A stretch of DNA of 64,000 nucleotides from an uncultured Gemmatimonadales bacterium (GTDB taxonomy: Bacteria; Gemmatimonadota; Gemmatimonadetes; Gemmatimonadales; GWC2-71-9): NCBI GenBank assembly GCA_963828735.1, contig CAWHFW010000005.1, forward strand, positions 952,417-1,016,416. Reading direction: 5' to 3'. The stretch's first letter is position 1; every line of letters starts with the position of its first letter. The position numbers were made by a program, and so were the translations under genes. A model generated the notes under the pieces. That model saw only the letters and a list, made by a program, of their open reading frames with translations. It was not told where the DNA came from and did no database searches. Below are positions 8,987-17,710 of this stretch, one piece after another.

Positions 8987-9835
8987 CTAGCTCTTGAAGG
9001 TGTCGCAGTCCTCGGGACGTCCTGACTCGAACCCCCGTCGGAACCAGCTGGCCCGCTGCTCGGACGAACCGTGCGTGAAGCCCTCGGGTGACACGCCCTG
9101 GCCCGACATCTTCTGGATCCGGTCGTCGCCGACCGCTGCGGCGGCCTGAAGGCCTTCGTCGACGTCGCCGGGGTCGAGGATGTCACGCTGTTGCGTCTCG
9201 TGGCCCCATACCCCCGCGTAGCAATCCGCCTGGAGCTCGAGGCGCACGGAGAGCTGGTTCGCCGCTTCCGGGTTCCGCTGCTGCGCCTCGCGCACCTGGG
9301 CCTCGGTACCGAGGAGGCGCTGCACGTGGTGGCCGAGCTCGTGGGCGAGCACGTACGCCTGGGCGAAGTCACCGGGCGCACCGAAGCGCTGCTTCAGCTC
9401 GTCGTAGAAGCCGAGATCGATGTAGACGCGCTCATCGCCCGGACAGTAGAAGGGGCCGGTCGCCGCCTGGGCAAAGCCGCAGGCCGACTGGATCGCATCC
9501 CGGAAGAGCACCAGCTTGGCATGCTCGTACGTGTGGCCTCTGGCCTGAAAGAGTCCGGCCCAGGTGGCCTGGGCATCATCGAGCACGAACGAGACGAACT
9601 GCACCTCCTTCTCCTCCTCCGGGCTGCTCGTCACGGGGCCTGCCGCGCTCGGCTCGCCCGCCGCCCCACCGTCCGCGCCCAGCAAGGCGAAGAAGTTCTG
9701 CTTGAAGATCAGACTGAGCACGAGCAGGACGGCCGCGCCTCCCAGCCCAATGCGCATGCCCCCGCCGCCAAACCCACCACTGCTCCCCCGGCGGTCCTCC
9801 AGATCGCTGCTGCGCCCACCCGGTGTCCACCGCAT
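8987..9835 (-). CDS. ypfJ: YpfJ-family neutral zinc metallopeptidase
   Basis: Trimmed to MRWTPGGRSSDLEDRRGSSGG... (characteristic N-terminus plus one TM segment). HELGHH zinc motif. Confidence 0.8.
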   Translation of the reverse strand: MRWTPGGRSSDLEDRRGSSGGFGGGGMRIGLGGAAVLLVLSLIFKQNFFALLGADGGAAGEPSAAGPVTSSPEEEKEVQFVSFVLDDAQATWAGLFQARGHTYEHAKLVLFRDAIQSACGFAQAATGPFYCPGDERVYIDLGFYDELKQRFGAPGDFAQAYVLAHELGHHVQRLLGTEAQVREAQQRNPEAANQLSVRLELQADCYAGVWGHETQQRDILDPGDVDEGLQAAAAVGDDRIQKMSGQGVSPEGFTHGSSEQRASWFRRGFESGRPEDCDTFKS

Positions 9836-9985
9836 GAGGCCTCCCTCGTGTGAATTCGGAAGATAGCGCCCGGCGTTAGGGCCGGATGTGGGGAGGAACA
9901 CGCACGGGAGAGCGGTCGGAGGGTCGAGAGTTGGTGGGTTGGTGGGGCAGAATCCCCCGCTTCGTTCGGTGGGGCCGCGATCTCA

Positions 9986-10681
9986 CTACGTTCGCCCCTC
10001 CGCCCGTCCGTCCCATCGCCCGAGCGACGGACCGTCCGTTCGCCCCACTTGCCGTCGCGCCTGCGGCTCGATCCCGACCTCGCGGGCTTTTCGCCGGAAG
10101 CCGCGGCCGTGGTCCACGGGCAGCCCCGTCTCCGCCTGCCACTGATGCACCATCTCGTGCAGCACCGTGTGCTCCACCTCCGACCACGGATGACGAACGA
10201 TGTGGCGGCGGCTGATGGCGATCTCGGTCGGAAGGCCGGTACGGAGATCCACCGCGAGCTCCCCGAGGCGCGTGCGCATCCGCCCCGACAACCGGATCGG
10301 GATGGCGCCCAGCTGACCGCCGAAGTACTCGACATTGAGTCGCTCGTGCACCGACGCGAGACGTTGCAACAGCGCGAGGTCGCCGGGTCGTGGGCGCTCC
10401 CGTTGCCGCTCGACCCGCGACGCCGGCGCAGCGTACAGCTCGACCGGGAAGCCGAGGAACTCGCGCTCGGCGAGTCGGCGCATCGCGCGGGGAAGCCGTG
10501 GATTCAGGAAACGGACGATCGCCCGGAGGACGCGGTCGGGCGCGCTGGCATAGCCTTGATGCAGGCGGAGTTCCCGCCGGGTGGTCAGGGAGACCATCAC
10601 GGTACGGTTGGTGTGGGTGCGGATGCCGGCGACGTCGCGAAGGCCCAGAAGCTTCAGGCGGTGGGCGAGCAGATCGTTCAC
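9986..10681 (-). CDS. SprT-like metalloprotease-domain protein
   Basis: 231 aa with a GTG start, 1 nt after the upstream gene stop. HEMVHQW (HExxH) in the C-terminal third. Confidence 0.65.
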   Translation of the reverse strand: MNDLLAHRLKLLGLRDVAGIRTHTNRTVMVSLTTRRELRLHQGYASAPDRVLRAIVRFLNPRLPRAMRRLAEREFLGFPVELYAAPASRVERQRERPRPGDLALLQRLASVHERLNVEYFGGQLGAIPIRLSGRMRTRLGELAVDLRTGLPTEIAISRRHIVRHPWSEVEHTVLHEMVHQWQAETGLPVDHGRGFRRKAREVGIEPQARRQVGRTDGPSLGRWDGRAEGRT

Positions 10682-10682
10682 C

Positions 10683-11555
10683 TCACAGCCCCTGATCTCC
10701 TCCCGCCACGGACACCGCGACGCGCGGCGATCCCTGACGGGCGAACGAGTAGACGTCGGACGCGAGAAACCGTTGGGCGCCGGCCTCCCAGCGATAGTGA
10801 CGGATGTGCACGGCGCGGACGTCTACCTTGACCAGGTTGAACACCGACGGCCGGCCGCCACGGGTCCGGAAGCTGTGCGTGCCGGAGGTGCTCACGGTGA
10901 GGGCGCCATCGATCTGGCCGGCGCCCTCGTGGTGATCATGGCCGCAGAGCACCACGTCGGCGCCGCTCGCCATCAGCCGCCGATACGCGGAGCGCCAGTT
11001 GGCGAGCCCCATCCGACGGGAATGCGCGCCGCGAAGGATGTTGTGATGAAAGGTGAGGATCCGTACCGCGTCGGCCGGCGCTTGCGCGAAGATGCCGCCG
11101 ACGCGCGTGGTCTCGGAGGCCGGAAGATGGCCCTTCACGGCCACGTCGTTCAGGTTCCAGGTGAGCGATCCGAACGCCACCCCGTAGCTGCTGAGCGCGC
11201 CGGCGATGATCGCCCCGGGGATCTCGAGCACCGGCGTGAGCTCGCCGAAGTACCGCGCGTACTTCGCATACTTCCGCTCCTGGCCCGCCAGGCCGAGCGG
11301 GCTCCGCCACCACTCGATGTCGTGATTCCCTGGGATGACGAGCACGGGCGCGTGTTGCCGCAGCCGCTGCAGGAAGGCGTGTGCCGCCTGAAACTCCCCG
11401 TGCCGGGCGCGCTGGCTCACGTCGCCGGACACCACGGTGGCCGCCGCCCCAAGTGTCGGCAGGAAGGCCTCGAGCGCCTCGATCTGCGCGAGGTCGGCAT
11501 AGCCGCCGAAATGAAGATCGGAAAGATGGGCGATGCTGATCGAGGGGTCGCTCAT
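10683..11555 (-). CDS. Calcineurin-like metallophosphoesterase
   Basis: 290 aa. Motifs LSDLHFG, SGDVS, GNHD and GHDHH in the canonical order. Confidence 0.85.
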   Translation of the reverse strand: MSDPSISIAHLSDLHFGGYADLAQIEALEAFLPTLGAAATVVSGDVSQRARHGEFQAAHAFLQRLRQHAPVLVIPGNHDIEWWRSPLGLAGQERKYAKYARYFGELTPVLEIPGAIIAGALSSYGVAFGSLTWNLNDVAVKGHLPASETTRVGGIFAQAPADAVRILTFHHNILRGAHSRRMGLANWRSAYRRLMASGADVVLCGHDHHEGAGQIDGALTVSTSGTHSFRTRGGRPSVFNLVKVDVRAVHIRHYRWEAGAQRFLASDVYSFARQGSPRVAVSVAGGDQGL

Positions 11556-11985
11556 GCGGAAAAGCTAAATGATACGGGTAAGCGCGCGAAGGGCGTGCCG
11601 TCCCGTGGTCCCGCGGCCTATGGCAGCATCCGGGGTCGTGAGCGCGTGGCATGACCCAACGGTCCGTGTAGCACGCCAGCCACAAGACAGGCATCGGCTC
11701 CCCGACCGGGGCCTCCAGGCAGGCCCGTGGCCCTAGGTGTCACTGGCCTACCGCTTGCTTTACCCCCAAGTTCTCTCACCCGATCACAACCCAGGTCCAG
11801 GCAAGGCGTGGCGACGCCCCATGCGTCCCAGCGATGCCCGGCTCAGCGCAGCATGGAGGCGGCATGGCGACCAGCAGTACCTGTGTGCGCTTGCGCGAGA
11901 GAGCCGAGGCTTCTGCGACGGATCCGGCACAGTCGCCCGTTCTGATCGTCACGCGCGGTGCGCGCGTCGGCGTCGAGGCAGGCGC

Positions 11986-13359
11986 ATGACCGGAATCCTC
12001 GACGCGCCGTCCGTGGCCATCGGCACCGCTACGCCAACGCTCGTCGCAAGCCTGGCGAGCCTCGACGCCCCGATTGTCTACGTTCGCAACGCGCCGTTCC
12101 CTGGCGCACTCGTCACCCTGCCGCTCCGCTCGGCGGAGCGGGCCCTGACGCTCGCCGGACCGCGGGACGTAGTCTGCCTGCCGATCGAGCCGGATCCGCT
12201 CTTCGTCGCGCTTTTGGCCGAGCTGGGACTCGGGCCCGACCGGTCGCGCATCGTCGTTCCGCGAGGCGAGCCGACCGCGCTCATCGGCCCCCGTTTTCTG
12301 GCCGATCGGGAGGCCGTCGAACGGATCGCCGCGCTGCTCCCGGCGACCGGCACAGTCTGGCTCGCACCGGGGGGACTCTCGCATCCCGATGATGCGCGTC
12401 TGGCGGCCGCCATCGCAGCCGCGCGGGGGGCCCCGGTCCGCATTCTCGGCGGCGACCCTGGGTTGGTCGCGCGCATCGACCACAAGCCCGTCGTTCGAGA
12501 GGCGGCCATCGCGCTCGGCATCCCGGTAGCGGAAGGCACCGTGGTCACGCTGTCGCTCGACGCCGATGGTCGGCCCATCGACCTCGCGCCGTTGCATCAG
12601 GCTATCCGCGCAGTGGCAGGCGAAGGCAGGGCCATCGTCCGCGGCGCCCACGGCTCCAGCGGAGATGCGGTCTTCACGGCCGGCCCGGAGGGCCTCACGG
12701 GCGACACGCTGCACGCGTTCGAGTCGAGCCGGCCCCAGTCCGTGTACCTGGTCGAGCAACTCCTGACCATCCGGACCTCGCCGAACGTCCAGATGTTCAT
12801 CGATCCGGCCGGGGCGGCAGTCTGTGTGGGCGTCGCGGACCAGCTCCTCACGGCGGGTCTCGCCCATCATGGCAACGCCTACCCGAGCGAGGCGCGAACG
12901 GCGGCGGCCATGGTGGCCGCTTCGATGCGGATGGCCGAATGGCTGTCGCAGCAAGGGTATCGCGGCGTGTTCGGACTCGACTTCGTCGAATACGAGGACG
13001 ACTATGCGCGCCCACGCTGGATCCTCGCCGAGATCAACCCGCGCTTCAACGGGTCCACCCAGCCGGCGGCGATGTTGGAGCGGCTCAACCGCCTACGGGG
13101 CGCCGCCGGTCAGACGCCGATCGCTGCCTTCGCGGGCGGTGTGCTGCCGACGCGCGCGCGCACGGTTCGCGAGCTGCTGCAGCGCCTCGGGTCCCGGCGC
13201 TACGACCGCGCCTCGGGGTCGGGCGTCGTGCCGTTCCATACGGCGGGTCTATCCGACGGCGTGTACGGTCTCACGGTCTTCGCTCCATCCCGCGCGGATG
13301 CGATCAAGGCATTCAAGGAGCTCGAGGCCGAAGAGACCGCGGCTGCCAATGGCGGCTGA
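11986..13359 (+). CDS. ATP-grasp family ligase (PGM1-like / pre-ATP-grasp architecture), substrate unknown
   Basis: Trimmed to the ATG at 11986 behind GAGGCAGG. The C-terminal half (GVFGLDFVEYEDDYARPRWILAEINPRFNGS) looks like an ATP-grasp core. Confidence 0.6.
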   Translation: MTGILDAPSVAIGTATPTLVASLASLDAPIVYVRNAPFPGALVTLPLRSAERALTLAGPRDVVCLPIEPDPLFVALLAELGLGPDRSRIVVPRGEPTALIGPRFLADREAVERIAALLPATGTVWLAPGGLSHPDDARLAAAIAAARGAPVRILGGDPGLVARIDHKPVVREAAIALGIPVAEGTVVTLSLDADGRPIDLAPLHQAIRAVAGEGRAIVRGAHGSSGDAVFTAGPEGLTGDTLHAFESSRPQSVYLVEQLLTIRTSPNVQMFIDPAGAAVCVGVADQLLTAGLAHHGNAYPSEARTAAAMVAASMRMAEWLSQQGYRGVFGLDFVEYEDDYARPRWILAEINPRFNGSTQPAAMLERLNRLRGAAGQTPIAAFAGGVLPTRARTVRELLQRLGSRRYDRASGSGVVPFHTAGLSDGVYGLTVFAPSRADAIKAFKELEAEETAAANGG

Positions 13360-13434
13360 CCCGCAGGGCTCGTCGCCCGCTGGCCTGGGACAAGATGCCT
13401 GAACTCCGCCGCGGAGTCTGCCTCGCGCGTTGCG

Positions 13435-14809
13435 TCACCACACGACGCGCACTCGATAGGTCAGCGTCGCTTCGCCCTTCGCGGGGACTTTGACGCGGAA
13501 ACGCGTGATGGTGGATGAAAGCTTCTCGGCCGGTACGCTGCTCTGCAGCACGCTCCACTCGCCACCCCGCTCCTCCCGCACGTCCACAGTGACCGCGCTG
13601 TCGCCGGCGTTCCGGACCGTCACCCGATAGTCCGCGGTGGCCTGGGTCCGCCAGCCTGCCTTGGTGCTGTCGCGACGCGTCACGTAGCTGGTCTGCACCC
13701 GGCGCGCGGTCAGATCGAAGGCGGCGCCGGCCGGCAGCCGGACGTCTTCGCCTGCCGGCGTGTGGTCCATCGCGGCTTCGCCCACGAGCTGCGCGCGGCC
13801 GCTGCTGTCGGCCTGGAACAGCCGGACGATGCCGCCTGGGAGCGGTCGGTCGCCGAACTCGGTCTTCCGCGGCCGCTTGAGGGTGTAGAAGATCTCGACG
13901 GCAACCTCGGTCTCGTCACCCTCCTGCGGCAGCATTCCCCACCACGGCACCTGACCACGCACGACGTAGGAGCGCTCGTACTTCACTTGCGCGGGCTCGA
14001 ACAGCGCGATCGTGCTGGTGAGGCCGGGCAGCAGCGTCGTACGGCCCGGGAGCGAATAGAGGTGGAACTCGCCTACGCGCTGCTCGCTGGCGGTGGCCAC
14101 CTTGTCGTAGGCCTCCGCAGCCATCGCGCGCGCCCGGAGCGGAACGGGCGGAGGCGCGGCGGGCTCCGCGCGCCCGACCGCGCCGGCCAGAAGCTGCAGC
14201 TCCGCGTCCTCGGCGCGGAGCGTCTGGCTCTCGACGACCGCGCTGCCCGTCACTCGCGCATCGGCGCCGCCGAGCACCACCTGGTAGCTCGCCTGCCACG
14301 CGGCGCCCGCCGTGAAGTAGCCGAGCCGGAGCTCCTTCTGGGCCCGTTCGCTCTCGAGGCGAAGCGTCGCCGCGGGGTCCGCCACGACGACGTCGCCCGG
14401 GATACAGCGCCGCCCCCGGCATCGTGAAGCTCACGGTACCGTCGGGAAGCTGGAGCCGGAGCGGATCCACGCCGAGGACCAGCGCGCTGATGGTGTCCTT
14501 CGACTCCGGCAGGCGGAACACGACGCGCCGGCCCACCGACCGACGCAACACGCTGGCCTCGTCCACCGCGCCATCGTACGTGAGGGCCCCGATGGTGACG
14601 GCGGAGTCGAGTGAGAACAGCGAAGCCGGGTCGAGGGTCCCGAGCGCGATGCGCTGGGTGCTCGCACCCTTCGGCACCGCCACGCCGACCGTCCGGCGCA
14701 CGAGCACCCGTCCATCGTTGTAGATCGTGAGAGAGGTCTGCGCCTCGAGTGCCCCTGGGAGCGCCGAGGCCAGCAGCACGAAGAGGCCGGCCGCGCGTGC
14801 GGTGGTCAT
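13435..14809 (-). pseudogene. DUF4139-like secreted protein interrupted by a +1 frameshift (or assembly indel)
   Basis: The N-terminal part with signal peptide (MTTARAAGLFVLLASALPGALEAQ...) is in the frame of track ORF 13916..14809. The conserved C-terminal part is in the frame of 13435..14385. The switch is confined to about 14386..14431, a stretch that contains a C5 run. Confidence 0.7.
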
Positions 14810-15099
14810 TTCGGGAGAAACTCCATGGCGGCGCGGCTCGCGACCCGCCGCACGATGATGTAAGTGGCGAGGACCGCGACGGCTCCGTAGAGCCTCGACA
14901 TCGGATCGCCTGGAAGTCGGAACGCGACGTACGCAGCCATCAGCGCCGTCGCCGCGAGGGAGATGCGATTGGCCAGCCGTGTTGCACGCTGCTGCCGCTC
15001 GGCGCGGCAGTCGGGGCAGAGCTCCCCCCAGGGAAGACCCGCGACCCGGCGTTCACATTTGGCGCAGGGGACTTCAGGCAACCCGCCGGGCAACCGCAT
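14806..15099 (-). CDS. Small zinc-ribbon membrane protein
   Basis: CAKCERR...CPDCRAE (two CxxC pairs) followed by two hydrophobic helices. ATGA overlap with the downstream gene start. Start chosen at the ATG at 15099, which still overlaps the icd end by 26 nt. Confidence 0.45.
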   Translation of the reverse strand: MRLPGGLPEVPCAKCERRVAGLPWGELCPDCRAERQQRATRLANRISLAATALMAAYVAFRLPGDPMSRLYGAVAVLATYIIVRRVASRAAMEFLPK

Positions 15100-16090
15100 G
15101 CCCGAATTCCTCCGTGGAGGCCGTGCCACCGAGGTCGCGGGTGCGGATGTTGTCGCGCACGATCGTGTCGGCCACGGCGTCGCGGATCCGCTGCGCGCGC
15201 TCGAGCTCGCCCAGGTGATCGAGCATCATGGCCGCGGCGAGCATCTGGGCGGAGGGGTTGGCGATTCCCTTCCCCGCGATGTCCGGGGCGCTCCCGTGCA
15301 CCGCCTCGAAGATCGCCGCCTTGGTGCCGATGTTGGCCCCCGGCGCGAGGCCGAGCCCGCCGACGAGGCCCGAGACCTCGTCGCTCAGGATGTCGCCGAA
15401 CATGTTCGTCGTGACCATGACATCGAACTGCTCGGGGCGCATCACCAGCTGCATGGCCGTGTTGTCTACGATCATGTCGTTCGACTCCACGCGGCCCTCG
15501 TACTCCTTGGCGACCGCGCGGCCCACCTCGAGAAAAAGCCCGCTCACCATCTTGAGGATGTTGGCCTTGTGGACGATCGTGACCTTCTTCCGCCCGTGCT
15601 TGAGCGCGTACTCGAACGCGTAGCGCGCGATCCGCTCGCAGCCGGCACGGGTGACGATGGCCATCGATTCGCCGACGGCGCGCGGGTCGTCCCCGACCTG
15701 AACGAAATGCTCGACGCCGATGTAGAGACCCTCGAGGTTCTCGCGCACCAGCACGATGTCCACGTTCTCGAACCGGCCCCCCGGCACGATGGTGCGCGCG
15801 GGCCGTACGTTGGCGAAGAGCTCGAACTCCTTCCGGAGCCCGACGTTCACCGAGCGGAAGCCCGTGCCCACGGGTGTGGTGAGCGGTCCCTTGAGGGCGA
15901 CGTGGTTTTTCCGAATGCTTTCGACCGTGGCATCCGGCAGGGGCGTGCCGGTGGCCTCGACCGCCGCCACGCCGGCGAGCTCCTCATCCCAGTTGAACTT
16001 CAGGCCCGCGGACTCGAGCACATGCACGGTCTGGGCGGTGATCTCGGGCCCGATGCCGTCCCCGGGAATCAGCGTCGCGTCGTAGGTCAT
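15074..16090 (-). CDS. icd: NAD-dependent isocitrate dehydrogenase (isocitrate/isopropylmalate dehydrogenase family)
   Basis: 338 aa. LIPGDGIGPE, LKGPLTTPVGTGFRSVNVGLRKEFELFANVRP and NMFGDILSD motifs. Confidence 0.8.
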   Translation of the reverse strand: MTYDATLIPGDGIGPEITAQTVHVLESAGLKFNWDEELAGVAAVEATGTPLPDATVESIRKNHVALKGPLTTPVGTGFRSVNVGLRKEFELFANVRPARTIVPGGRFENVDIVLVRENLEGLYIGVEHFVQVGDDPRAVGESMAIVTRAGCERIARYAFEYALKHGRKKVTIVHKANILKMVSGLFLEVGRAVAKEYEGRVESNDMIVDNTAMQLVMRPEQFDVMVTTNMFGDILSDEVSGLVGGLGLAPGANIGTKAAIFEAVHGSAPDIAGKGIANPSAQMLAAAMMLDHLGELERAQRIRDAVADTIVRDNIRTRDLGGTASTEEFGHAVARRVA

Positions 16091-16710
16091 TGGTCCAGCG
16101 GAAGCACCGCGGCCAGCGCGCTCGCGAGCGCGGCGCTCGGGGTGGCGCCGGTGGCCACCGGCACGCTGCGCCAGAGAATGCGACCGGACCGCGCGTCCGC
16201 CGCCACCAGCGACAGCTCGGCACGGACCTGGCCGCTGGGCTCGCGCCCGAAGCCGAGGGCGGCGGGTACGAAGACGATGCGGCCGTTCACCATCGCCGTG
16301 AGGTTCCGCAGTGAGGCCCGTAGCTGATCGGGCACTTCCTTGAGCTTCGGCGAGCGGAGCATCGCCTGGCCCATCCCGTCGGGATCATCCACGAGCCCGG
16401 CCGCCCGGCGCGCGAGCTTCCGAAGCCGCGGCGGCAGCACCCACTTTACCTCGGGGGCGCGCTCGGTCAGGGCGCCCCCGATGAGCGAGTCCGCCCACGT
16501 GAGCGTGGCGCGGTGATCGCGATACTTGGCGAAGAGCGTATCGGACTCGAAGGCGGGGTCGATGGCCACGAGCGTGATCGGCATGACCGTCACCTCCTGG
16601 CCGCCGAGCGATTGAGTCGGCACGGGTGGTGGCGGTGGCACCTGCTGACCGGCGAGCGGCAGGGCGAACAGGAGCGCGAGCACGGTTGTGACGAGGAGGG
16701 TGCGGGGCAC
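16087..16710 (-). CDS. Secreted hypothetical protein
   Basis: 207 aa with a GTG start and signal peptide (LLVTTVLALLFALPLAGQQ). ATGA overlap with the icd start. Confidence 0.55.
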   Translation of the reverse strand: MPRTLLVTTVLALLFALPLAGQQVPPPPPVPTQSLGGQEVTVMPITLVAIDPAFESDTLFAKYRDHRATLTWADSLIGGALTERAPEVKWVLPPRLRKLARRAAGLVDDPDGMGQAMLRSPKLKEVPDQLRASLRNLTAMVNGRIVFVPAALGFGREPSGQVRAELSLVAADARSGRILWRSVPVATGATPSAALASALAAVLPLDQ

Positions 16711-16758
16711 GGCGGGAAAGTAATGGGGGGAGGGAGTGGGACAAAGACTGTCGGCACC

Positions 16759-17625
16759 CTACTCCAGCGACAACCCCCCGTCCACCACGATCGTCTGCCC
16801 CGTGATGTGCCGTGCCGACTCCGAGCACAGGAACGAGATGACGTGCGCCACATCGTCCGGATCCGCCACCCGCCCGAGTACTGAGCTCTTCTGCGCGCGC
16901 TCGATCACTTCGGCCGGCAGCATCGCCATGCGCTCGGTCCGGATGAAACCCGGGGCCACGGCATTCACGTTGACGTTGGCGGGGCCGAGCTCGACGGCGG
17001 CGGCGCGCGTGAGGCCCAACAGCGCGGCCTTGCTCGCCGCATAGTTGGCCACCCCGAACCCCGGCCGTTCCGCCTGGTGCGCGCTGACGCTCACGATCTT
17101 CCCGAAGTGCTGCCCGCGAAAGATCGGCGCGACCGAGCGAATGCAGTTGAACGCTCCGGTCACGTTGGTCTCGAGGACCTCGTTCCAGGCGTCCTCGCTC
17201 AGGCGCCAGAGCGCGCCGTCGCTCGCGATCCCCGCATTATTCACCAGGAAGTGCACGCCGCCGAGCCGTTGCTTGGCCTCGAGGATGAAGTGGTCCACCG
17301 AGTCCCGGTTGCGCACGTCGCACTTCATCGCGAGCACGCCGACGCCCATGGCGGTGAGCGCGGCCTCGGTCAGGAGGGCCTGCTCGCTCACGTCGCGGCC
17401 CGGCATGTTCACGAAGCAGAAGGCGACGTGGCAGCCGAGCTTCCCGAACTCGATCGCGATGTGGCGGCCGAGGCCGGTGGCCCCGCCCGTCACGACCGCG
17501 ACCTTCCCCCGCCAGCCCTTGCGGATCGGCTGGGGTTGCGGCTCCTCGAGCGCGGCTCCGCTTCCCTCCGGGCTCTCGTACTCCCACGAGGGCCGGTGGC
17601 CGAAGCCGAAGGATGGCAATGGCAT
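16759..17625 (-). CDS. Short-chain dehydrogenase/reductase (FabG-like)
   Basis: Trimmed to the ATG at 17625. VAVVTGGATGLGRHIA (TGxxxGxG), NNAG and YAASKAA (YxxxK). Confidence 0.85.
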   Translation of the reverse strand: MPLPSFGFGHRPSWEYESPEGSGAALEEPQPQPIRKGWRGKVAVVTGGATGLGRHIAIEFGKLGCHVAFCFVNMPGRDVSEQALLTEAALTAMGVGVLAMKCDVRNRDSVDHFILEAKQRLGGVHFLVNNAGIASDGALWRLSEDAWNEVLETNVTGAFNCIRSVAPIFRGQHFGKIVSVSAHQAERPGFGVANYAASKAALLGLTRAAAVELGPANVNVNAVAPGFIRTERMAMLPAEVIERAQKSSVLGRVADPDDVAHVISFLCSESARHITGQTIVVDGGLSLE

Positions 17626-17710
17626 GGGCTTCGAAAGTACGGCCCGCCCTTGGGGACGGCAAGGCGGTCGGCACCCTGGTCCGGACCGAGGGCAGGCTAT
17701 TAATTGACAT

